From the NCBI GenBank assembly GCA_964589235.1, contig CAZPTW010000001.1, forward strand, positions 1 to 27,127: a DNA stretch of 27,127 nucleotides, written 5' to 3'. The notes under the pieces are model-generated. The model had not been told where the DNA came from, did not search any database, and saw only the letters and a list, made by a program, of their open reading frames with translations. Position 1 is the stretch's first letter, and each line of letters begins with the position of its first letter. Positions 6,844 through 14,370 of the stretch are shown here, piece after piece. The position numbers were made by a program, and so were the translations under genes. The DNA comes from an uncultured Smithella sp. Its GTDB lineage: Bacteria; Desulfobacterota; Syntrophia; Syntrophales; Smithellaceae.

Positions 6844-8184
6844 ATGATGAATCCGGAGACACACCAAGACGCCGACGTTATCGTCGTCGGGGCGGGCGCG
6901 TCAGGGATGATGGCCGCGGGCCGCGCGGCGGAGTGCGGGGCCCGTGTCTTGCTTTTGGAAAAAATGGATACCGCCGGGAAAAAAATTCTGGTGAGCGGCA
7001 AGACGCGTTGTAATCTGACCAATACCGCCGATCTGAAAAAGTTTATCTCGATGTACGGCCCCAACGGGCGTTTTTTGTACAGCGCCTTTTCCCGTTTCTT
7101 CCGGCCGGAGCTTTTGGATTTTCTCGGACGTTATGGTGTGGCCACAAAGACAGAACGCGGTGGACGGGTTTTTCCCGTTTCGGATAACGCACGCGATGTG
7201 GTGCGCGCTTTTCGAAATTATTTGGAGGACCATTTTGTTCATGTGGTCTATCAGGCCGGTGTTCAAGCGGTTACGCTCGAGACAAAGGCGGGTTTTCGGC
7301 TCCAAACTCAAAAAAAAATCTATCGCGCCCCCGTTTTGATTTTGGCGACCGGAGGCGCTTCCTGGCCGAAAACCGGTTCCACCGGCGATGGATACGCCTT
7401 TGCCGAATCCCTGGGGCACACACTGGTCGAGCTCAAACCGGCGCTTGTGCCTCTGATTGTCGAGGAACGGACGCTTGCGAAATCTCTGCAGGATGTCGTG
7501 TTGCGCAACGTGCGCGCGACGGCGTTTCGGGGGACGGCCTCTAGTGTCGATGTCGCTTGGATCCCCGCTTTGACTTACGGCCGCGGAGAAAAAAAGACAC
7601 CCCGCCCGCCCGTGATTGAAAGTCGTTTGGGCGAGATGCTCTTTACGCACTTTGGACTGGGGGGGCCGATGATTCTGCAATTGAGTCTCGCGGTGGTTCA
7701 AGCGCTTCGGGAAGGTCCCGTGTCCATTCTTATCGATCTGAAGCCCGCCGTGCCCCGGCAAGAGCTTCGCAAACGGCTGATGTCGGATCTAAACCAATTC
7801 GGCAAGCGCCCGATATCAATCATTCTCAAAGACTATTTGCCGTCGAAAATGATTTTCCCCTTGACGGTTTTGGCAAAAGTCGATCCGTCAAAGCCCGCCC
7901 ATCAAATCAGCGCCGCCGAGCGTGAAAAGCTGCTCGACGTGCTTAAAGCATTAAGATTCAACATTCAATCGTCTCTTCCGCTGGCTCAGGCCATTGTGAC
8001 GGCAGGCGGCGTTGCCCTCGACGAGATCGATCCGCGGACTCTGGCCTCCAAAAAGGTTTCCGGTCTTTTCTTTTGCGGGGAGATCCTGGATCTCGACGCG
8101 GACACGGGAGGATATAATCTCCAGGCCGCTTTCTCCACGGGATATGTCGCAGGTGAAAGCGCCGCGCGCTATCTTCAGTCGTGA
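6844..8184 (+). CDS. HI0933/YhiN (BaiN-like) family NAD(P)/FAD-dependent oxidoreductase
   Basis: VGAGASGMMAA, GKKILVSGKTRCNLTN, GRVFP, ATGGASWPKTGSTGDGY, LFTHFGLGGP, AIVTAGGV, GEILDLDADTGGYNLQAAFSTG. Start is ATG 6844 or 6847. Confidence 0.95.
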   Translation: MMNPETHQDADVIVVGAGASGMMAAGRAAECGARVLLLEKMDTAGKKILVSGKTRCNLTNTADLKKFISMYGPNGRFLYSAFSRFFRPELLDFLGRYGVATKTERGGRVFPVSDNARDVVRAFRNYLEDHFVHVVYQAGVQAVTLETKAGFRLQTQKKIYRAPVLILATGGASWPKTGSTGDGYAFAESLGHTLVELKPALVPLIVEERTLAKSLQDVVLRNVRATAFRGTASSVDVAWIPALTYGRGEKKTPRPPVIESRLGEMLFTHFGLGGPMILQLSLAVVQALREGPVSILIDLKPAVPRQELRKRLMSDLNQFGKRPISIILKDYLPSKMIFPLTVLAKVDPSKPAHQISAAEREKLLDVLKALRFNIQSSLPLAQAIVTAGGVALDEIDPRTLASKKVSGLFFCGEILDLDADTGGYNLQAAFSTGYVAGESAARYLQS

Positions 8185-8195
8185 TTCCATGAGGG

Positions 8196-9485
8196 TCATT
8201 TATGTTGATCCGGCATGCGACAGGTGTCGGCTGGATACGTTTCCCTGACGAACGTGCTGGCGAGAAAGGCCAAAAACAAACTAAGCAGTCCGATCTGGAA
8301 TAAAGACGAATAAGCCGTCACGCCGTACGGGCCGCCCGTAGGGCCTGCGGCATCCAGAAACCAGCCTGCAAGCGGTTGCCCCAGCGCGGCGCCGGCAAAG
8401 GGGAAAATATTGAGAACACCGGTGGCGGTCCCCGATATCCGCAAAGGAAAAGAATCCTTCATCGCCGCGTAACCCACAACCACCAAGCTCGACAGCGAAA
8501 AATTGAACAGAAAGCACCAAACGAAAAGCTCCGCTTTGGAAAACCCGCCTGTAAAAAAGGCCATTGGGGCGAAAACACAGCATCCGGCGGCATGGCTCAA
8601 CATCAAGACCTTTTTTCGGGAGCGGAAAACCCGATGCGAAAGCCAGCTCATAAACGGCGCGCCGGTGATGATGCCCACGGCCATCGTCGACAGCACCGTT
8701 CCCGCTTGGGTGCGGGACATGCCGTAGACGTGCATCAAAAAGGGGCCTCCCCACAAACCGGTGAAGGTCAAGAGGACCATGGACCCGAAAAAACTGCAAA
8801 GCGCCGTCGGCCAGAAATGCCCGCTTTTGAGCACCATCCACATCCCTTCCAAGGCTCCGATGGCGCGTGTGTCTTCTTCCCCTGCGGGACATGCGCCGAC
8901 CGGCGGGAATCCCGCGGATTCGGGGGTGTCCCGGACCACAAGCCAGATGAGGGCCGAAAGGGCGAACGTCACCCCTCCGATGAGGATCATGCTGCCTCGC
9001 CAGGTTAAGGCGTCGGATAGAAGGGCCAGGGGGGTGGAGGCGGTGTATGCGCCCAAGCCGCCCAGCGACATTAGAAAACCGCTCATCCGTGAAAACCGGT
9101 GGCGTTCAAACCAATGCGTCAGGATTTTGAGCGTCGGCACGAAAACCATGGCCGCCCCCAGCCCGACGAGCACCCGCGCGGTGATCGCCTGGCCGACAGT
9201 GGACGCAAGGCCCAAGGCAATGGATCCGGCCGCGCCCAGGAGGAAAAATGCGGCAATGGATCGCCTCGGTCCCCACGAATCGGCTAAAAGACCCGCAGGG
9301 ATTTGCATCAGACCGTAAGGATAGAAATAGGCGGAGGCGAGAAGCCCCATCAGCGCGCCGCCGGTTTTCAAATCGTTCATCATGTCGACGGCGACGACCG
9401 CCGGGGCCAGACGGTGAAAAAAAACCAATAGATACGCGGTGCCCAGCAGGATAAAGATCAAGAAACGGTAACGGTCGAAGGTCAT
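8196..9485 (-). CDS. Major facilitator superfamily transporter (12-TM; substrate unknown)
   Basis: About 12 hydrophobic segments and MFS motif A-like GLLADSWGPRR. Begins 4 bp after the cupin gene. Confidence 0.9.
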   Translation of the reverse strand: MTFDRYRFLIFILLGTAYLLVFFHRLAPAVVAVDMMNDLKTGGALMGLLASAYFYPYGLMQIPAGLLADSWGPRRSIAAFFLLGAAGSIALGLASTVGQAITARVLVGLGAAMVFVPTLKILTHWFERHRFSRMSGFLMSLGGLGAYTASTPLALLSDALTWRGSMILIGGVTFALSALIWLVVRDTPESAGFPPVGACPAGEEDTRAIGALEGMWMVLKSGHFWPTALCSFFGSMVLLTFTGLWGGPFLMHVYGMSRTQAGTVLSTMAVGIITGAPFMSWLSHRVFRSRKKVLMLSHAAGCCVFAPMAFFTGGFSKAELFVWCFLFNFSLSSLVVVGYAAMKDSFPLRISGTATGVLNIFPFAGAALGQPLAGWFLDAAGPTGGPYGVTAYSSLFQIGLLSLFLAFLASTFVRETYPADTCRMPDQHK

Positions 9486-9489
9486 GGCC

Positions 9490-9840
9490 TCACAATTCGG
9501 GGGCGCCCGACGGAATCAGGCAGGCAAAGACCAGAAGCTCGTCGCCGGTATTGCGAATCTGGTGTTCCTCGTCGCGGGGGACAAATACGACCGTTCGGGC
9601 GGAGACTTTCCGCCAGCTTCCGTCTGCGTAGAGTTCTCCTTGGCCTGCGTGGAAAAAGATTTCATGTTCCCAAGGATGGGCATGCTTGGGGGTATATCCA
9701 CCCGGCGAGATTTCAAAAATCCGCATGCAGAAGCGCGAAGCGCCGTCTGCCTGTCCGATGACCACGCGGGCGGTGATCCCGCGGGCGGCGTCATGATCGA
9801 TCCGGGTCGGTGTGACGGAGGGATAATCGATGATTTTCAT
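9490..9840 (-). CDS. Cupin_2 domain metalloprotein (TM1459-like)
   Basis: Cupin motif 1 GGYTPKHAHPWEHEIFFHAGQG and motif 2 VFVPRDEEHQIRN. Confidence 0.9.
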   Translation of the reverse strand: MKIIDYPSVTPTRIDHDAARGITARVVIGQADGASRFCMRIFEISPGGYTPKHAHPWEHEIFFHAGQGELYADGSWRKVSARTVVFVPRDEEHQIRNTGDELLVFACLIPSGAPEL

Positions 9841-9857
9841 GCGAGGCTCCTTTCAGG

Positions 9858-11216
9858 TCAAACGGTCAACGCCGCGAGCACTTCGGAAAGCGTGGGATGG
9901 GGAAGCACCCAGGTCCGCAGCTGCTTTCGGGACATCCGATTGGCGACGGCAAGTGAAAGCGGCGCAATGAGATCACCTGCCCCATCGCCGACAATCGTGG
10001 CACCGATCAGAACATCTTCCGAAAAAACGGCCTTGACAAACCCTTGGGCCGTCAATTCGGTCCGCGCCATGATGTTGGCGCTGTATGGGGATTTCGAGAT
10101 ATCGAGGGGAAGGCCTTCCTTCCGGGCTCGTCTTTCGGTGTATCCGACTCTCGCGATCGGGGGGTGGCTGTACACGACGGACGGAATGGCGATTTCGTCA
10201 TAGGGGAGAGTTTGAATCCCGAACATATCGGCCACCGCGATTTTTGCCTGGACTTGGGCCCGATGGGCAAGCATCATCCCGCCGGTCGCGTCTCCAACGG
10301 CGTAAACGCCTGGGACATTCGTCCTCATTTTTTCATCCACTTGAATCCCGGTCTGCGTGTAATGAAGCCCCAAACGATCGAGTTCTTCAATGGGCAAAAG
10401 CGGGAGGCGGCCTGTGCACAAGAGGGCGCATTCGGCGCGGATCTCCATCGTCTCTCCGTTTTTTTGAGCCTGCATCACCACGCCTTCGGCCGATTCCTTG
10501 AGGCTCATCATTTTGGTCGAGGTGTGAACGGAAATGCCCAACCGCTCAAGCTCCTGGTGGAGAAGCTTGGCGGCTTCATCGTCCTCCATCGGCAAAATCC
10601 CATCCAACCATTCCACGAGAATAATTTTTACGCCCAATTCCGCAAAAAAAGTGGCGAACTCCACGCCGATGAAACTGCCCCCGATGACGATCATGGATGC
10701 AGGCGGGGTGGCTATGTGGAGAATGTCATCTGAGGTCATGATCTTCGGCGAGGGGAAAAGGCCCGGCAGAATTTGCGGCACGGCGCCCCAGGCAATCAAA
10801 AGACGGTCTGCGGATACTTGCTGCGTCTGTCCGTCGGCGTCGGTCAGTCGAATGTCACCGGCCGAGAGAATTTCCGCCGTCTTCCGCCGGATGTCGACGC
10901 CCGCGTCGTGGAGAATCTTCTGCGCCCCGAGCGCGGCGATCTTGACGGTCGAATCGCGATGCTTTTTCATGGCGGCGAAATCATAGGAGGTCTCCGTCAT
11001 TTGGACGCCCAGGCGTTTGAATTTTTTTAAATCCGTGTAAAATCGACTGCATGTCAAAAGCGCCTTGGTGGGGATGCATCCCTTGTGCGTACAGGTGCCA
11101 CCCCAGCCCTCTTTTTCGACAATCAATACTTTCTTTTGAAGAGACGCCGCCTTCTGGGCTGCCTCAAGCCCCCCGGGCCCCCCCCCGATGACCACCAGAT
11201 CAAAGTGATCGGACAT
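9858..11216 (-). CDS. lpdA: Dihydrolipoyl dehydrogenase (E3) family flavoprotein
   Basis: RBS AGGAGG. GGGPGG FAD motif, redox-active GGTCTHKGCIPTK, GGSFIGVE, GD...LAH and C-terminal HPTLSE. Confidence 0.85.
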   Translation of the reverse strand: MSDHFDLVVIGGGPGGLEAAQKAASLQKKVLIVEKEGWGGTCTHKGCIPTKALLTCSRFYTDLKKFKRLGVQMTETSYDFAAMKKHRDSTVKIAALGAQKILHDAGVDIRRKTAEILSAGDIRLTDADGQTQQVSADRLLIAWGAVPQILPGLFPSPKIMTSDDILHIATPPASMIVIGGSFIGVEFATFFAELGVKIILVEWLDGILPMEDDEAAKLLHQELERLGISVHTSTKMMSLKESAEGVVMQAQKNGETMEIRAECALLCTGRLPLLPIEELDRLGLHYTQTGIQVDEKMRTNVPGVYAVGDATGGMMLAHRAQVQAKIAVADMFGIQTLPYDEIAIPSVVYSHPPIARVGYTERRARKEGLPLDISKSPYSANIMARTELTAQGFVKAVFSEDVLIGATIVGDGAGDLIAPLSLAVANRMSRKQLRTWVLPHPTLSEVLAALTV

Positions 11217-11285
11217 GCCGTTTTCCTCCTTTTCACTATGTCTACCACAGGGATGCGATGTCCGTAAAAGAAATTCTTTGAATGC

Positions 11286-11313
11286 TCAAGGATCAAAGGA
11301 AAACAGCCGATAG
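11286..11313 (+). promoter_or_regulatory. Putative sigma28 (FliA/SigD) promoter
   Basis: TCAAG (11286-11290), 15 nt, then GCCGATAG (11306-11313). The -10 element is 7/8 identical to GCCGATAA; the spacer is one base longer than the E. coli consensus. Confidence 0.5.
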
Positions 11314-11353
11314 ACGCATATGGAAGAGAAGGAAAGGGGGATGCTGGGGAGTC

Positions 11354-11788
11354 ATGATGATCACTCCGATTTCAAATAGCGGATATCATGATGCTCCGCT
11401 CGGGATAAGGGGGGAAACCGCACCGGTGAAGGCCTCCACCCAGCCGGATCAATCCGGCTTGTTTCCCGGCGAGTGTCGGACCTGACACAACAGGAAGTAC
11501 GTGGATCGGTCCAATGATCCATCCGTTTCTTTTCAGACGCCGACCCATCTCTCTCCGGGGGAAGCGGCGTTGGCCGTCTTAGCCCATGAAAACGAGCATG
11601 TCGCCCATAATTCCAGAAAAGCCGAAGAAAAAGGAATGGTTGCACATTCGACCGTCACCATTCAATACGGCATTTGTCCGGAATGTGGTCGGATTTATGT
11701 GGCAGGCGGCACAACGCGAACATCCTACACCCCCAAACAAGAGTCAGCCGATTCGGGGGTGGGAGAAAACATCAATACCTTCGCTTGA
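11354..11788 (+). CDS. Candidate selenoprotein: CxxU + HExxH + CxxC small protein, 144 aa (143 aa if the start is 11357), reading TGA 11483-11485 as Sec
   Basis: ORFs 11282..11485 and 11501..11788 share a frame. Junction reads GAG TGT CGG ACC TGA CAC AAC AGG AAG TAC GTG GAT = ECRT*HNRKYVD. GGGGAG RBS at 11346-11351. SECIS-like hairpin directly downstream. Also carries AHENEH and CPEC motifs. Confidence 0.75.
11492..11531 (+). promoter_or_regulatory. Putative bacterial SECIS element
   Basis: Upper stem GTGGATC (11501-11507) / GATCCAT (11516-11522). Apical loop GGTCCAAT starts with GG, 22 nt after the TGA. AC/CC internal loop. Lower stem AGGAAGT (11492-11498) / GTTTCTT (11525-11531), with G-U pairs. 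Confidence 0.65.
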
Positions 11789-11808
11789 TTTCAACCCCCA
11801 TTCAAAAC

Positions 11809-11837
11809 TTGTCATCCCCGCGGATATCTGATAGCGT
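11809..11837 (+). promoter_or_regulatory. Putative sigma70 promoter for xseA-xseB-ispA-dxs
   Basis: TTGTCA (11809-11814), 17 nt, then TAGCGT (11832-11837), with an extended -10 TG at 11829-11830. Confidence 0.5.
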
Positions 11838-11847
11838 TGACGCCGCG

Positions 11848-13185
11848 ATGAAGGATATTCTAACCGTTTCACAACTAAACGATAACATTAAAACTTTCCT
11901 CGAGGAAGCTTTCGGCGTCCTTTGGGTGGAAGGCGAGGTTTCCAATGTGCGGCGGCCAGGCTCGGGCCATACCTACTTTACCCTCAAAGACGAAAAGAGC
12001 CAGATTCGAGCCGTTTTTTTCCGTCAGTATCGTTTCGGCCAAGCCCGGTCTATGTTCGAACTGGAAGACGGCATGAAAATCATTTGTCGCGCTAAGCTTT
12101 CCGCATATGTGCCACGGGGGGAATATCAATTGATCGTGGAAACGGTGGAGCCCCAGGGGTTGGGAGCGTTGCAACGAGCGTTTGAACAACTCAAAGCCAA
12201 GCTCGCTGCGGAGGGCCTCTTCGATGCAAGCCGGAAAAAAAGGCTGCCCTATCTGCCCGCGTGTATCGGGGTTGTCACGTCGCCCACCGGCGCGGTGATT
12301 CGTGATATTTTGAATGTCACAAAACGACGTTTTCCGTCCGTCGATCTTTTGATCGCCCCCGCGAGGGTCCAGGGAACGGAGGCGGCAGGCGAAATCATCG
12401 CGGCCCTCAGGCATCTTCAAGCGGACGGACGATCCGACGTCATCATCCTTGCGCGTGGGGGCGGGTCCTTGGAGGATTTGGCGCCATTCAACGACGAGTC
12501 GCTGGCGCGGGAAATCGCCCGCTCACGGGTTCCAATCGTCTCCGCCATTGGCCATGAAACCGATTTTACGATTTGTGATTTTGTCGCCGATCTCCGGGCG
12601 CCGACACCCTCGGCGGCGGCGGAACTGGTATTGCCGCTTCGCTCGGCTCTTGTCGCTCAGCTGCAAACACATCATGAACGGCTTTGGGCCGCGCAACGCC
12701 GGCAGATCAGCCGCTATCGGGAACGGCTGGCGTCGATCGAGCGCCGCTTTCGGGATCCAAAGCGTTTTTTGGCCGATCAAGCGATTCACCTGGATGACTT
12801 GCGGGAGAGGCTTCACCGCGCCGTTGGGCAGGTTGCGGCCGGTTTGAAAAATCGTCTGAAGACCGTGGAAATCGCATTGCAAAACCGTCATCCCGGACGG
12901 ATGATCCGGGAAAAAAAAATGTGCCTTGATCGTCTGGAACAAAGGATCATCACAAGCTGGCGGTATCATCTGGAAGGCCGTCGACGGCAATTGGATAAAA
13001 ACGCGGCTCTGATCGAGAGCCTCAGTCCTTTGTCCGTTTTGAAACGGGGCTACAGCATCACCAGGCGACAGCCCGCAGGCGAGATTGTCAGGCAAGCCGA
13101 CCGATTGACAGCCGGCGAAAGAATCGATATTCAGCTGGCCCAGGGCCGACTGGAAGCCAAAGTGGAAAAAATCAGCAGCGGATAG
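11848..13185 (+). CDS. xseA: Exodeoxyribonuclease VII large subunit
   Basis: MKDILTVSQLN...WVEGEVSN...SGHTYFTLKD OB-fold, IGVVTSPTGAVIRD, RGGGSLEDL, GHETD and DLRAPTPSAAAE. Start at ATG 11848, not 11674. Confidence 0.97.
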   Translation: MKDILTVSQLNDNIKTFLEEAFGVLWVEGEVSNVRRPGSGHTYFTLKDEKSQIRAVFFRQYRFGQARSMFELEDGMKIICRAKLSAYVPRGEYQLIVETVEPQGLGALQRAFEQLKAKLAAEGLFDASRKKRLPYLPACIGVVTSPTGAVIRDILNVTKRRFPSVDLLIAPARVQGTEAAGEIIAALRHLQADGRSDVIILARGGGSLEDLAPFNDESLAREIARSRVPIVSAIGHETDFTICDFVADLRAPTPSAAAELVLPLRSALVAQLQTHHERLWAAQRRQISRYRERLASIERRFRDPKRFLADQAIHLDDLRERLHRAVGQVAAGLKNRLKTVEIALQNRHPGRMIREKKMCLDRLEQRIITSWRYHLEGRRRQLDKNAALIESLSPLSVLKRGYSITRRQPAGEIVRQADRLTAGERIDIQLAQGRLEAKVEKISSG

Positions 13186-13227
13186 ACACCGGGGGATGGA
13201 ATCTTGAAAAATGTCGGAGAAATAAGG

Positions 13228-13464
13228 ATGGCCAAAGAAAAATTTGAAGACGCTTTGGAGAAGCTGGAAAATATCGTCAAAGCCATGGAGGCAGGTGATT
13301 TGTCGCTGGATGCCGCGCTGAAATCTTTCGAGGAAGGCATCCGGCTGATCCGTATTTGCCAGGCCAAACTCGACGAAAGTGAAAGACGGGTCGAACAGTT
13401 GCTGGCGAAAGAGAACGCTCTCGAGACCAAACCTTTTCAGGATGATGACGCCGATGGATCATGA
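13228..13464 (+). CDS. xseB: Exodeoxyribonuclease VII small subunit
   Basis: FEDALEKLENIVKAMEAGDLSLDAALKSFEEGIRLIRICQAKLDESERRV. Lies between xseA and ispA. Confidence 0.97.
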   Translation: MAKEKFEDALEKLENIVKAMEAGDLSLDAALKSFEEGIRLIRICQAKLDESERRVEQLLAKENALETKPFQDDDADGS

Positions 13465-14353
13465 TGCCTTTCTCGACGCCTATCTCAAAGACAGGCAGAA
13501 ATTGGTGGAAGAAGCGCTGGTGCAGTACCTTCCGGATGAGGACACGCCGCCTCAGGATTTAAACACCGCGGCGCACTACAGCGTGTTTGCCGGCGGGAAA
13601 CGCATTCGGCCGATTCTATGCTTGGCCGCCTGTGAAGCCTGCGGCGGCGATATCCAAAACGCCATGCCGGTCGCCTGCGCGCTGGAGCTGATTCATACCT
13701 ACTCGCTGATCCACGACGATTTGCCGGCGATGGACAACGACGATTTCCGGCGCGGCAAACCCACCTGCCATAAGGTCTTTGGAGAAGCGCTGGCGATTTT
13801 GGCCGGGGACGCCCTTTTAACGGAAGCGTTTGTGCTTTTGTCTCGGCCGGATAAAATCCGCATTCCGGCCGAAAGGAGGCTTGCCTTGATTTCGGAAATC
13901 GCCGTGGCGGCGGGTTTCGTCGGGATGGTCGGCGGGCAGGCGATGGATATCCGCGCGGAAAAGATCGAGCCGGATTTCGAGGGACTCCAAGACATGCACC
14001 GTCGCAAAACCGGCGCCTTGATTGCCGCATCGGTCAAAACCGGCGCCATGGTTGCCGGAGCCGGCCTTCAAAAATTGTCCGCCTTGGCCTCCTATGGAGG
14101 TCACATCGGTATCGCCTTTCAGATTGCCGATGACATCCTGAATGTGGAAGGCAACGCCAAGATCATGGGCAAAGAAACCGGCAGCGACATCGTCCGCGGA
14201 AAATCCACCTACCCGTCCATTCTGGGCATGGAGGCGGCAAAGGCCAAGCTGGCGGGACACGTCGAGTCGGCGCTTGCCGCGCTTGAACCGTTTGATGCGC
14301 GTGCCCTGCCGCTTCGCGTGCTGGCCCGTTTCATCATGGACCGAAAATCCTGA
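13454..14353 (+). CDS. ispA: Short-chain polyprenyl diphosphate synthase (FPP/GGPP synthase)
   Basis: GGKRIRP, first Asp-rich motif HTYSLIHDDLPAMDNDDFRRGKPT (Tyr at -5), GGQAMD, KTG and FQIADDILN. ATG 13454 overlaps the xseB 3' end. Confidence 0.95.
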   Translation: MDHDAFLDAYLKDRQKLVEEALVQYLPDEDTPPQDLNTAAHYSVFAGGKRIRPILCLAACEACGGDIQNAMPVACALELIHTYSLIHDDLPAMDNDDFRRGKPTCHKVFGEALAILAGDALLTEAFVLLSRPDKIRIPAERRLALISEIAVAAGFVGMVGGQAMDIRAEKIEPDFEGLQDMHRRKTGALIAASVKTGAMVAGAGLQKLSALASYGGHIGIAFQIADDILNVEGNAKIMGKETGSDIVRGKSTYPSILGMEAAKAKLAGHVESALAALEPFDARALPLRVLARFIMDRKS

Positions 14354-14370
14354 ACCCTTGATAAAGACGC

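Noticed and set aside
5652-7064. The 470-aa version of the ytpB ORF
   Set aside because: The extra 113 codons overlap the divergent HI0933 gene. Homology and an AAGGAG RBS point to TTG 6725.
11267-11279. AAAGAA-A-TTCTTT palindrome between lpdA and the selenoprotein promoter; also the CCCTTA/TAAGGG hairpin at 5030-5050
   Set aside because: These are short 6-bp arms in AT-rich intergenic DNA with no second copy found, which is compatible with chance.
11282-11788. Treating 11282..11485 and 11501..11788 as two independent small genes
   Set aside because: They share a frame, the 15 nt between them continue the recalled family motif (HNRKY), GTG 11501 has no RBS, and ATG 11282 lies at the edge of the putative sigma28 promoter. 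A nonsense pseudogene remains the main alternative to Sec.
14120-14150. ispA second Asp-rich motif reads DDILN instead of DDxxD
   Set aside because: I recall this as a naturally occurring variant, and all other catalytic motifs are intact, so there is no evidence of inactivation.
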